Positions 1-10,969 of a stretch of 24,275 nt of DNA are shown here, one piece after another (position 1 is the stretch's first letter; the number at the start of each line of letters is the position of its first letter). The notes beneath the pieces are model-generated. The model did no database searches. It was given only the letters and a program-made list of their open reading frames with translations, and was not told the origin of the DNA. The stretch comes from Octopus sinensis. Taxonomy: Eukaryota. The stretch is taken from positions 1-24,275 of the forward strand of contig NW_021836467.1 of assembly GCF_006345805.1 (NCBI RefSeq). Direction: 5' to 3'. The translations under genes were made by a program, and so were the position numbers.

Positions 1-120
1 AAGAAGAAGAGAAGAAGAAGAAGAAGAAAAAAAGAAGAAAAAGAAGAAGAAGAAAAAGAAGAAGAAGGAAAGTGAGAAGATAAAATAAGGGAAGGAAAAT
101 AGGGAGGACGAAGAAGAACA
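1..120. repeat. (AAG)n / purine-rich low-complexity tract
   Basis: Runs of aagaagaag at the window start that decay into an A/G-rich sequence. Confidence 0.9.
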
Positions 121-577
121 ATTCCAAAAACAAGAGAACGCACAAACGAAGCAATGCGCAAAGGAAAGAAAAGCGGTGGCGTTAGGAATGGCGGTTTGAT
201 CAAAGATAAAAGCATGGAAATGGAAAGAACAATGATAACCGTAAGAAGAAGAAAAAATGTAAGAATGTTATAGGAAAACAACAAGAACATCTACAAAGGA
301 CTTTGGCGAAAACAATAAACAAATGTACTGAGGGGAATAATGGCGAAAGTCCAAGGAAATAAGAAGCGTTTGTTGAAAAACAACAGAGAGAAAAAGAAAC
401 AGCAACAACAACAACAAAACCAGCATCAGTTGCAGAAAGAAGAATTAAAAGATGAGAGGCGTAAAGTGCATTCTCTTCGTCATCGTCATCATCATCGTCG
501 TATGCAATAACAACATCATGAACAACATAATCAACAATAGGAAACCAAGGAAAACAAAAGCAACCACGATAATCCCT

Positions 578-710
578 ATTCAATTTTCACCGAGGTGGAT
601 TTGGCCATTTTCCATTCTCGGAGTCGAGGAACAAAATACCAGTTGCATACTGGGGCTTGATGTGATGGACAAACCAGTCTTTGTGCCGAATCGGAAGAAA
701 CGGTATATTT
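578..710 (+). mobile_element. 5'-truncated, diverged tRNA-derived SINE (family B)
   Basis: aattttcaccgaggtggatttggccattttccattctcggagtcga...ataccagttgcatactgggg aligns by eye to the body of the copies at 726-930, 14151-14346 and 16343-16570. Confidence 0.65.
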
Positions 711-725
711 TGTGGGACTAACAAA

Positions 726-930
726 GCGCGAGCTGGCAGAATCGTTAAACTGCCGGATGAAATGCATTGCAGCATTTCGTCCGTGTTAAGGTTCTGAGTT
801 CAAAACCTCGCCGAGGTCCACTTTGCCTTTCATAATTTCGGAGTCCATGACATATGTACCAGTTGAACACTGGGGTCAGTTTGGTGGACTTGATGCCTAC
901 ACCCGCAAAGAAAATCCCAGAATTCTGGAA
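726..930 (+). mobile_element. tRNA-derived SINE (family B, Nin/Deu-like core)
   Basis: Head gcgagctggcagaatcgtt (A-box like), gagttcaaa (B-box like), and core gccgaggtccactttgcctttcat...gtaccagttgaacactggggtc. Homologous to the minus-strand copies at 14151-14346 and 16343-16570. Confidence 0.85.
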
Positions 931-960
931 ACAATATACAATACGAAGGATCAGTTTTGA

Positions 961-1048
961 AACTACTGCTGTTGCTACTACTACTACTATTTTTCTGCTG
1001 CTACTAATATTACTACTACTACTGCTGCTGCTGCTGCTGCAACTACAG

Positions 1049-1081
<33 letters not shown>

Positions 1082-1148
1082 ACCACTACTAATGATTTTG
1101 TTGCTGCCGCTGCTGCTGTTCCTACTACCACTGCTCTTGTTGTTGTTG
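961..1148. repeat. compound (CTA)n/(CTG)n/(GTT)n trinucleotide microsatellite
   Basis: Directly visible. It explains the poly-L and poly-S ORFs. Confidence 0.95.
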
Positions 1149-1170
1149 AAAGGGTGTTCATGTTTTTGGG

Positions 1171-1305
1171 TCCCCGTAACTTAGCAGTTCGGCAGAAGGT
1201 ATCGAATAAATACCAGGCTTAAAAAATAAAATAAACTGAGTACTTGAGTTAATTCGTTTAGCGATAATTCTTCAACGTGGTGCCGCATGGCCGCAGAATA
1301 AAAGA
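1171..1305 (+). mobile_element. 3' fragment of SINE family A
   Basis: tccccgtaacttagcagttcggcaga...aataccaggctt...gcatggccgcag matches the 3' half of the copies at 1397-1830 and 15617-16072. Confidence 0.75.
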
Positions 1306-1396
1306 AAGAACCAGAGTTACCATCAGTAACATCAACAACAACAATCAGAAGAAGAATGCCATCGATGATAACAGCAGTCAACAGGAATATTTTTTA

Positions 1397-1830
1397 GACG
1401 CATGCGTAGCTGTGTGGTAAGAATCTTCCTTCCCAATCACATGGTTCCGGGTTCAGTTCCATTGCGTGGCACATTTGGCAAGTGTATTCTACTATTACAG
1501 CGGGCCGACCAAGTGAGTGGAGTTGGTAGACAGAAACTGAAAGAAGCCTGTTGTATATATGTGTGTGTATGTGTGCGTGTGTGTGCATGTGTGCATATTT
1601 GTGTGTTTGTGTCTGTGTTTGTCCCTCCACCATCGTTTGATAACCGATCTTGGTGTGTTTACATCCCCGTTACTTCACGGTTCAGTAAAAGACACCGATA
1701 GAATAAGTACCAGGCCTACAAAGGATAAGTCTAGGGGTCGATTTCTTCGACTAAAACGCGGTGCTTCAGCATGGCCACAGTCAGAATATCTGAAACAAAT
1801 AAAAGTGTAAAAGTGTACGAATGTAAAGAA
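1397..1830 (+). mobile_element. near full-length tRNA-derived SINE (family A) with internal (GT)n
   Basis: Head gtagctgtgtggtaag...ggttccgggttcagttcc (A and B boxes), internal GT/TA repeat at about 1552-1620, and a 3' tail of taaaagtg repeats. Collinear with the reverse complement of 15617-16072. Confidence 0.9.
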
Positions 1831-2077
1831 AAGAGAGCCAACAGTATTTTGGCATCAGAAACGTTAAAAACAAACTCCAGCGGAGAAGAATAAAATCCTC
1901 CCACCAGGCGAGCAAAAGTAGCAAAGGAAGAAAAAAGAAACAGTAATGCCTTCATCGGGAACATTGGATCCTTCTCTGTGATGTATTTTCTTTCAATGCT
2001 TGCCAAGGATTCTATGAGGCTGCCTACACGTGTGGCTCTAACTTAAATTTATATGTATTTTTGAGTGTGCTTCTATC

Positions 2078-2217
2078 CATCTCTCTCCCTCTTCTTCCCT
2101 CTCTCTCTCTCTCTCACTGCGTTCTCTGTCCTTCTGTCACTATCTCTGCCTCTCTTTGTCTCTCTCTGTCTCTGACTCTATCTCTATCTCTCTCTCCTCT
2201 CTCTCTATATATACATT

Positions 2218-2298
<81 letters not shown>

Positions 2299-2560
2299 AA
2301 ATATTATTAGAGACAAAACCACTATTTTGCAAAACAAACAAGGAAAGACTTTATAGGTGGGTGGGGTGTGCCTGTATCGTGTGTATATATATGTGTGCTG
2401 TATATATATGTATATATGTATATGTTTATATGATTACATATATATATATATATACACATACTATATATATAATATATATATACATACATATACATATATA
2501 CACATACTTACGTGTATATATATATGTGTGTGTATATATGTATGTATGTATATATATATA

Positions 2561-2625
<65 letters not shown>

Positions 2626-2882
2626 TGTGTGTATACATATGTATGTATATATGTATGTATATCGCGTAAGGAAGTTGTAGTTTGCTTGAAGCATTGTAGA
2701 AGAAAAGTACGCGCATATTCATATGTGTATTTGTGTGTACATATTTGTGTATATGCCTATATACGCGTAAATACCTCTATGTATTTACGTGTGTATATAT
2801 CACAATATATATATATATATATATACGTGGGGACGGGGTGCTTGCGTGTGTGTGCGTGTGTTTGTGTGTGTAGCTGTGTGTG
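2078..2882. repeat. compound (CT)n/(TA)n/(GT)n microsatellite block
   Basis: Directly visible, interrupted by short unique stubs (e.g. 2297-2351). Confidence 0.95.
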
Positions 2883-3332
2883 ATTTTTCCTTCAGTCATT
2901 TCTTTGGTGAAATTTCTAGATTTCAACTTTCTACTGTTAAACATTTTCTCCACCACATCAAGCAAACAACATGGCTGTTTACACGTCATTTCAGCTGCGT
3001 TTAATACGTGTTTCCGGTGTGATCGTCAAAATTTCTTTAAAATTTCTATTGTAGATTCGGTTGTTTACCAACGATGTGTGTGATGTATGTAGCTGTCCGT
3101 TCCAAACCTTAAGACTACAACCAGCTTGGCTGGCTGTTGTTGAGCAGACCTCTTTTGTAGTTAAAACATCAAAAAGTGTTTAAACATAGAAAAATCATAG
3201 ATCGATTCGTGTATTGTATTTGCAATCTTCCAGTCGAAGGAATAAGAAAGGAAAAAGAAAAGAGAAAGAAATATAACAAACAAAACGAATGGTCAGATGA
3301 ACGCACAAACAACTTGAGGTGAAGAAATTTTG

Positions 3333-3375
3333 TGTATATAATATATATGCATACATATATGTGTGTGTTTCCATG

Positions 3376-3419
<44 letters not shown>

Positions 3420-3430
3420 CATATATATTC

Positions 3431-3462
<32 letters not shown>

Positions 3463-3485
3463 TATTATATATATATATATATATA
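3333..3485. repeat. (TA)n microsatellite
   Basis: Directly visible. Confidence 0.95.
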
Positions 3486-3636
3486 GGTGTGTTAGGATTA
3501 TGTACACACACATATAAATAGATAGAAAGATAGCTATGTGCGTAAATACACACGTACACACCCATGAGTATGTGTGCGTTGGTCAATGTATGGGCGTGTG
3601 CGTGTATGTATGCAGAAGTAGGCAAATATTTCTGCC

Positions 3637-3750
3637 TAAGAAACCGTTTTTCATCCATGTGTGTTCGAATTCGCTCTCAGTGTTCTCGGCAAATGCAATT
3701 TTCGCCTCAGGTGTACCAATGCCTCGCGACTGAGAATAGATGAAAGGGAA
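3637..3750 (+). mobile_element. highly decayed head of SINE family A
   Basis: taagaaaccgtttttcatccatgtgtgttcgaattc...tcggcaaatgc...gcctcaggtgtaccaatgcctcgcgactg resembles the head of the family A copies. Confidence 0.3.
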
Positions 3751-3839
3751 AAAAAACTATTAGATTGTGAAGGAAATTCGAATGGTATAATTTTACCATA
3801 TATTGTGTCACTTTTAATTTCCTTTGAATATTATTTGAA

Positions 3840-5413
3840 CCGATTTAAAACGGTTGACGTAAATGTACACCCCCTGACGTGAGAGCTTGGTTTGCGCATT
3901 TCATTGTTTGACGAACATATACCCTGTCGTGTGAGCTAGCAGCGGTCAACCTAAGCGTACGCGACTGATATGGTGGTAAGATGCTTTATCTGGATATTCA
4001 CGGTCCGATAGACTGCTTATTGCTTTGATATTTTTATCTAAATATTAACATATACTATGTAGGTTTTGTTATTATATATGCTGCAGTTTAGGTAGTTATA
4101 GCACATTACTATTTTGACTTTCAATTAACTCAAAAGCAATCTGCGTTCTTCAGCTATTGTTGCACTGGATCTCGGGGTTCTGCTTGTAATTTCCGGTCAG
4201 TTTCTGGTGTTCCTTTTAATTTCCGGTCAAGTCCTACCATTTCCACTTCGTCATCACGTACTACCACCAGCTTCATCACATCCTGCCACTCCAGTTCCAT
4301 CAGCCACGTCGCTTCCTACCACGCCAGCTCCGTCAGTTTCGACGTCTGCTCCAGTTTTGTCGAACTGACGGTCGTCGAGTCCAACTATGCCAAGCTCTTA
4401 CTCCCTACATCCGTTCCCATGTGTTTCTTCCGGTTCGGGCGAAGAATGGGAGAGTGTTTTCTTAGTACGCAATCTGATGATTCAGACAGGGATGATGATA
4501 TTTCGGTAAATCAAAGATACAGGCGGGCAGCAGCGCATGGCCCTAGACAACAAAATTTCGTATGGTAACCGAGAAAACAATTATTTCGTTCGATGGCAAT
4601 GGCTTAAAAAAAATACCTTCAATAAGAAAGTTCACCATCGGAAATCCTCCACAACATTTTGACGGATGAAAAGTTCCAGTAAATAGCTGACGAAACGAAT
4701 GACTATGCTGAATATCATCTTCCGCATATCAGGCCTGGCCATGGTGGTGATTGGTTTCTAACCAGACAAAAGTTAAATTCTTCTTACCCTGCGAATACTA
4801 ATGGGCATCCTGAAGAATTCGACCCCGGCGTCATATTGGACACGAGATCGCGCCATGTCGAAAATTTTCTTTCTAGAAACGATGCCACGTGATCGTTTTT
4901 TTAGTGCTTCCCAGAAATCTCCATTTTATGTGTGTATAGCATATCAATAATAGAAGACAAACTGGAATACAGAATTTTGCTAAAAGACCAAGAGATTGGA
5001 AATGCATGTAAGCCACGCATGATCAAAATCATTAGATGTTCAGTATATTCACATTCAATCTCCCATGTAGGCATGAGTTGGACTCAAACGTTTTCGAGCA
5101 ATTCTCAGCGTCTGGCTGCATATCGTGTCACAGAACGTGTCAGACTTTAAGAATTCTAAGACATTTGCATATATATATCCAGGAAGATTTAACAGAGAAT
5201 GCTTGCAATCATATATATTTATAAGAACACATTGTAATGGAAATGATATGCTAATTCGAAAAAAATATATGTAGCAATGACTTTGTATCAAAGAGGACAT
5301 CTAGTGTAAAGTCTCCCTAGAGGATGTTCAAATTTTTTGCCTCGTATATTCTCATCTCCTATGATATTCCAAATAGTAGCCATGTTGAGTAATAAATACG
5401 TTTTTAAAAACGG
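3840..5413 (+). mobile_element. decayed, internally deleted piggyBac-family DNA transposon
   Basis: Contains a transposase remnant (next feature). Candidate ends are ccgatttaaaacg (3840-3852) and cgtttttaaaaacgg (5399-5413), flanked by tgaa and tcaa, each one substitution from TTAA. The boundaries are less certain than the transposase call. Confidence 0.6.
4659..4927 (+). pseudogene. piggyBac (DDE_Tnp_1_7/PGBD-type) transposase pseudogene fragment
   Basis: Manual translation gives LTDEKFQ*IADETNDYAEY ... ILMGILKNSTPASYWTRDRAMSKIFFLETMPRDRF/LVLPRNLHF. This matches the piggyBac motifs TDE..IV.ETN.YA, LMG, YW and M.RDRF..I...LHF, with a stop and frameshifts. Confidence 0.85.
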
Positions 5414-5566
5414 TCAAGCTAGTGCAGGTTATTATTTTCTTAAATGAAGCCAGAAGTAACAGAAGTTTGATTGTTTCTTATACGTTAAATACGCACACAA
5501 ACACGCATACATCACATCTGCCTTTCTCTCTCTATCTCTCTGTTTCTCATTCTCTCACTCTCTCTT

Positions 5567-5568
<2 letters not shown>

Positions 5569-5612
<44 letters not shown>
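5569..5612. repeat. (TA)n microsatellite
   Basis: Directly visible. Confidence 0.95.
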
Positions 5613-5620
<8 letters not shown>

Positions 5621-5979
5621 CCAAACAAGAAAGCACAAAAAAAACACAACAACGCGAGGACGTGGAACAAATATAGTATCATTGGACGCTAGTGTGTGAA
5701 TTTTCGAAATATCCTTTGTTGGTCTTGAAATACTATGCTCCATAACTAATTTATATAAATATAGTAAATCCCGAAAAACTACGAAAATCACTAATAAAAA
5801 ACAACAAAGCGAGGACATGGTTCATGCACAGCATTAGCAGACAGTCAGACAAGGAAATAAAGGTGGTTTTACGTTTCGAACCAAGCTCTTTGTAAGAAAC
5901 AGGACATGGAGGAAAGTCCACAAGAAGGAAGACGGAGGAAGAACATTGCCAAAGATCCACATGTGGTTACATTTTGAAA

Positions 5980-5982
<3 letters not shown>
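5613..5982 (-). mobile_element. putative Penelope pseudo-LTR / retrozyme-like element within (TA)n
   Basis: Flanked on both sides by (TA)n. Carries a degenerate hammerhead fold at 5866-5900 (-) and has the same layout as 21153-21360. Confidence 0.55.
5866..5900 (-). ncRNA. degenerate minimal type I hammerhead ribozyme
   Basis: The minus strand reads GUUU-CUUACAA-A-GAGC UUG GUUC-GAAAC-GUA-AAAC. Stems I and II pair, but the core differs from CUGANGA at two positions, so it is probably inactive. Confidence 0.55.
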
Positions 5983-6015
<33 letters not shown>

Positions 6016-6081
6016 ATTATTTTATTATTTTTATTTGATATATATATATATATGCATATATATACATATATATATATATAT
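5983..6081. repeat. (TA)n/(TTA)n microsatellite
   Basis: Directly visible. Confidence 0.9.
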
Positions 6082-6914
6082 GAAGTTTATGTGAACAGGT
6101 TGTGCCACGACTAATCTTTTAAGAAATGATAGTGTTCGCTCAGAGATTCATTTACATCTTGATACTTTTGTAAACTTGGTCATAATGTCCAGGTAAAGGT
6201 AATTTTTCACCTTTTTGTGTTCTTTCAATGCCACAGCAACATTAAACTCTTTTTTTTAAATATCGAGCTTCTTCTTAACAGTTTCCTTACTCATCGTTGA
6301 AGTATATCAAATAAAAACTTTAAAATTGAAACAATAGGGAGATATTACTATGAGCGACAATTTCCAGGCGGAACCTGGTGTTTAAATTCAGTGAAATAGG
6401 AAAAATAATTTAAAAGTAGGTAGCTCTCTTTTGATATCGTATGTTTGTAAATATCCTAAAACGGACCAACTATCACGAAAGAGGATGCTTTAGTAACTTC
6501 CATTTTTCTGAAATCAAATAGATTATCTATAGTATACATTCCAAATATTTTTTCTCCGAAAAATGGTAATAAAAATAGTTTTGAATTTATCGAAGTTGAG
6601 GTCAGTTTAATTTTCAATTAATCGATCAATTTAATATGACTTCGAACCTAAAGACTATGGCGTTTCGGATTATTATTCGATTAACCGTGTTCTACAGCTA
6701 TCGTCTGCGCAATTAAGCGGAATATTGTATGCTACATATAGATGTTTGCCAGTAGCACCTTATTTGAATGGGGGTGAGGATGTTTGTGGCTGTTCATCGG
6801 TAACAGATTCCATAAATAGCATGTCTCGTCATACGCACCTATCTGCAAGATGGCTATCAATTTATATCAAGAGACAATGAGAAAACCGATATGATTGTGT
6901 GCTGAGATACGAAT

Positions 6915-7028
6915 GTGTGTGTGAGTGTGTGTGTGTGTGTGTTGGTGTGTGTGTGTGTGTCAGAGTGTGACAGTATGTGTGTATGTGTTTGTTGACTGAA
7001 TGATAGATAGATAGACAGATAGATAGAT

Positions 7029-7080
<52 letters not shown>

Positions 7081-7142
7081 GGATAGATAGATAGATAGAT
7101 AGATAAATAGAGAGAGAGATAGATAGACTGATAGATAGACAG

Positions 7143-7193
<51 letters not shown>

Positions 7194-7222
7194 TAGACAG
7201 ATATACACACATACACACACAT

Positions 7223-7263
<41 letters not shown>

Positions 7264-7334
7264 AAGATAGATAGTGAGAGATAGATAGATAGATAGATAG
7301 ATAGATATATAGATAGATAGATAGATAGATAGAC

Positions 7335-7366
<32 letters not shown>
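6915..7366. repeat. compound (GT)n/(GATA)n/(TA)n/(GA)n microsatellite
   Basis: Two long GATA arrays (about 7002-7145 and 7223-7366) separated by TA, GA and CA runs. Confidence 0.97.
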
Positions 7367-8274
7367 TTCTTACAGAAAATTACACCATCATTTTAAAAAG
7401 CAGAGTCAGACAAAGACACAGTATCTATTGTGTAGTATTACATTCATCTCTATTGACAAACTCACATACAGACGCACACAAATATACCTCATATATTTCA
7501 CTCCTAAAATAGAATTCCGTAGCCATTAATAACACGAAAATATTTGATAACACTTGTAATTTAAACCGTTATTTTCACATCCCTCCAGCTTTTGTTCTGT
7601 CTTCAGCTTGTCTCAAATGTCTGCGAAACTTCCTACCATTCTCACTTCTCTCCACCTTTTTTTTTACTCTCCTTCCTCCCCTATTTCTCTTTTCTCATTC
7701 GTTCTCTTTCGCTCTTTCTCTTAATTTGATTTCCCGATTTGTCATTATTCCGACACACCATTAACTAATCATGAAAGAAAAACAAGAACAAGAAAAAAGA
7801 AACCGAAAGGAAAATACAGAACTCATCCGACGCATTCACTTCAATACTTCAAGTCTCTTTCAATTTTGTCTTTCGATGTGAAATGTAACAAATTAATTAT
7901 CTGTAATTGTGTTTCGATTGTTATTATTGCTTGTCGTTGTTGCTACTTCTGTTGTAGTCGAGGCCCATCTCTTACAGTCTGTATCATGCGAACGGATTAA
8001 ATGCCTAAATTTCTGAAGTTCCGTTGTTGTAAAGAGGGAAACGCGATGTAAAATTTCAAAGTAAGTCCATCTGACAAACAGCGGTCACGCAATAGCCAGG
8101 GGAAATGCAAAATATTCCGAATGAATAAGTTAGAAGAGAGAGAACATGTATGAGAAAGTAATCGCAGTGAACCGAGGAATGAGTTGATGAAAGGATTGTG
8201 GTATAAGGTGTCAGCTGGAAATAAATATAACCGACGGAGAAATGGTCAGAAAATATGAAGCACTGGGAGACGGA

Positions 8275-9054
8275 AAGGAAATCGGCACGAGTTATTTATT
8301 AGGTCAATGGATTCCTCACAAACTTTCCCAGTTTAATCGTGCGCAGACAAGGAATGTATGCTCTTCTTTGCTGTCACATTTAACTAATGACCCTTTTCTA
8401 GACTGGTGGCGAGAAATGGGTTTCCTATGAAAATCTCAAGCACCGAAAAAATTGGTAGGGAAAGGAGAGACAATGGCACCCCAGGCGAAAAAAGGTTTTC
8501 ACATAGGTAAGTTGTTGTTCTAAGTTTGGTGGGATATGAAAAGTTTAGTCCACTTTGAACTTTTAAACCCAAACCAAACGATAACGAAGGAGATCTACTC
8601 CGAGCAGCTTGAGCGGCATAAGTCAGCGCTAGAAGGAAAACAACCGTCTTTGGTTTCGAGGCGAAAGGTGTTCTTCCATCAGGATAATACTCGTTCACAA
8701 ACTGCGAGGATGACATTCCAAAGGCTGGTGCAGTTTTAATGGGAAACGTTGCCCTACCCACCATATTCAGAGGACATTGTTCCATCTGATAATCTTTTAT
8801 TTTGCAGTTTTCAAAATCATTTGGACGGAAAATATGAATTCTATAGACAGGGGAGAAGAGTACTGGAGGAGTATTTTTCGTAACGGACAAGTGAATTTTA
8901 GAAGAGGGGCCCTACAAGTCTAGCGGACAGATGGAAGAGCATTGTCAAAAATGAAGGACAGTATATTTAGATTTAAAAAAATGAACTCTCTTTATCTTAA
9001 TTTTGAAAAATAAAAGAAGCATTTAAAAATCGCACTATTTATGGCTTGACACAA
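8275..9054 (+). mobile_element. 5'-truncated mariner (DD34D) transposon with transposase pseudogene
   Basis: Translates to LGQWIPHKLS (WVPHEL motif), GEKWVSYEN, VWWDMK..VHFELLNPNQTIT, FHQDNTRSQ and YPPYSEDIVPSDNLLF (YSPDLAPSD motif). I count 34 residues between the D of HQDN and the D of PSD. The 3' TIR-like end ...atttatggcttgacacaa is followed by TA (9055-9056). Several stops and frameshifts. Confidence 0.93.
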
Positions 9055-9329
9055 TACTTTATTGCATGGTAAACCGACATTGTGTTGTCTTGAGATCACT
9101 TGCTGCCAGAACAATTAGTTTCGAAACACACTTTTCTATAGATAACACATTGTTCCATAAAATCTGACGCCGAGAGTTTAATCACTTCAATACTGCGTGT
9201 AATTGCTACTAGTATCACTTATCCTTTTCTATTTGATCATTTAACCAGTTCTGTATTCTGATGCCGACTAGCTAATTTATCGATAAACAGCTCAGCTTCC
9301 ATTTCTCCTGCAGACGAAAGTTCTAACCC

Positions 9330-10330
9330 TATGTAAACAATCCCATAGTGTTCGAAGACTTCCTGGTTCCTTTATGAGGGAATGCAACCTATAAAAGTAA
9401 ATCAAACGCTGCCTTTTGATTCTAGGTTATATGCTACTGCCCACGCCGACCCTCATCATTCTTCAACCCCACTTCGGTATAATGTCTGTTACCCACTTCA
9501 CGAATGAATGGATGCCTACTTAAATCTTCCTCAAAAAGAACCTCACGTTCGGTCGATCTATTAACACTAGAAATTTCATTTAGCATACTTACTGAAGTTT
9601 TGAGACCACACTGGAGAAGAACGCTAGCTCAGAAACAACTTTATCGACAATGAGATTTGTTTCCACATTTTGTGAAATCAGGATTATTGGAATCCTTCTG
9701 ACACCCAATGGAGTTTATGGCCCTTTTTCTCCAGTGACAGCATATTTGGTTTCATCCGACGTAAATCTTATTATTGCAGTCTCTTCCGTTTCATTCATTC
9801 TATCGATATCTTTTGAAATACGATACTTTTAGTAAGATATCTCAATGGTTAGATATCTCAATCGATTCGTGACCGTGGAAGACCATTTTGTAGACTCAAC
9901 TGACTCTAAGAAAAATGAAAAAAAAACATCTCTAGTTTGGTTTTCTCTTTACTGACGACGTCTTCTGTGGTTGCTAAGAACTGTTAGGAAGTTCGAAGTC
10001 ATTCCACGCAAACTACAAGTCAGCCCTCTTCTAGTAACCGCCAGTCTATCTGCATGAAAGATCCTACAATCCCTGGTTGATCCACACAGTCCGCTACGCA
10101 AGTTGCATGAGAGACCATGCTAGATATGACAGTCCACGTCAACAAGCAATCGGTAGCAATCTGATTCCTCCCCAGTTCTCTGTATGATGCAAAGACCTCC
10201 TCAGATGTTAGTCTTCATATTGAGGATTTTAATTGAGTCTCTAAAATTGTCGTAAATATATTTTGCCCAGCAACTGTCCTCTAATCGGAGAAGATGAACA
10301 GACCCTGAGAGTTTGTATTTTACAATGAAG
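9330..10330 (-). mobile_element. possible highly decayed LINE remnants
   Basis: Minus-strand peptides HLLRLEDSCWAKYIY (about 10250-10320, like a LINE ORF2 C-terminal region) and EVLFEEDLSRH...T*NQKAAFDLLL (about 9390-9550, like the APE endonuclease GDxN.H...TW..IDY pattern). Weak, by-eye similarity only. Confidence 0.25.
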
Positions 10331-10354
10331 GTGTGGATATTTGTCATTTTCACC

Positions 10355-10465
10355 AGAGGGGGGAAAGAGGGGGAAGAAAGAGGAAGAAGAACGTGGAAGA
10401 AAAGGAGAGGGGAGAGGAGAAATAGGAGAGGAAAAGGCGGAAGAAGAGGGAATGGAGGAAAGGGA
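10355..10465. repeat. purine-rich (GGA/GAA) low-complexity tract
   Basis: Almost entirely A/G on the + strand. Confidence 0.85.
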
Positions 10466-10969
10466 ATATTTATCAAAATCCTCATTATCCATGCACCAGG
10501 TGAACGAGAAATATTCAATCATTTTAGAGTTAATAACCCCTAAAAAAAATTAGCTTAAGCAAGATTATATTATACAATAATTAAATCAAGGCTGATTTAT
10601 TGAAGTTAATAATATTAAACAAATGAAATTTTTTTAAAACATTAACGACTAAAAATATTAACATAATGCAACAAATTTTGATCCGTGTTTAAAATTCTAA
10701 GTTGTTTTATTTTTAATTATTTTTAAAGTGTATAGATTAGTGTTAAATGGAGAAAACGATTGTAAGCTGAAAATATGAATTTATATTTTTCTAAAACAAA
10801 AATTGAAACAAAATGAAAAAAAGTATATCCTACTTAATGTGATGGTATGTTACAAATATTCTAAAACTTCCATTACTTAATTTAAGGAAAGCATGACTAC
10901 GTAAAAAACACAAGACAAACTGATAATTTTAAGTGAGAAGAAAAACAGCAAATTAACACTACTGCTTGA

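Noticed and set aside
200-1222. ORFs of 122-138 aa with poly-L, poly-S or poly-D runs
   Set aside because: They are translations of trinucleotide microsatellites and SINE sequence with no domain signal.
1397-1470. tRNA-like A and B boxes here and in other SINE heads
   Set aside because: These are SINE heads that continue into SINE bodies, with no complete cloverleaf, so they are not tRNA genes.
2061-3733. Many YI/CV/HT-repeat ORFs here and at 6857-7222, 12547-12918, 14759-15117, 17738-18226 and 20720-21590
   Set aside because: Dinucleotide and tetranucleotide repeats lack stop codons in several frames, so these are artefacts.
6590-6645. Imperfect palindrome tcgaagt...aattaatcgatcaatt...acttcga
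   Set aside because: AT-rich with short, mismatched stems, within chance expectation.
8279-8290. 12-bp match aaatcggcacga to the TIR of the 23337-23902 mariner
   Set aside because: It falls in frame as EIGT just before the LGQWIPH motif, so it is better read as transposase coding sequence and a chance match.
8384-8890. Longest ORF in the track (168 aa, minus strand)
   Set aside because: It is the antisense of the mariner pseudogene.
9835-9862. Direct repeat agatatctcaat x2 with a 4-bp spacer
   Set aside because: A short local duplication with no array or associated element.
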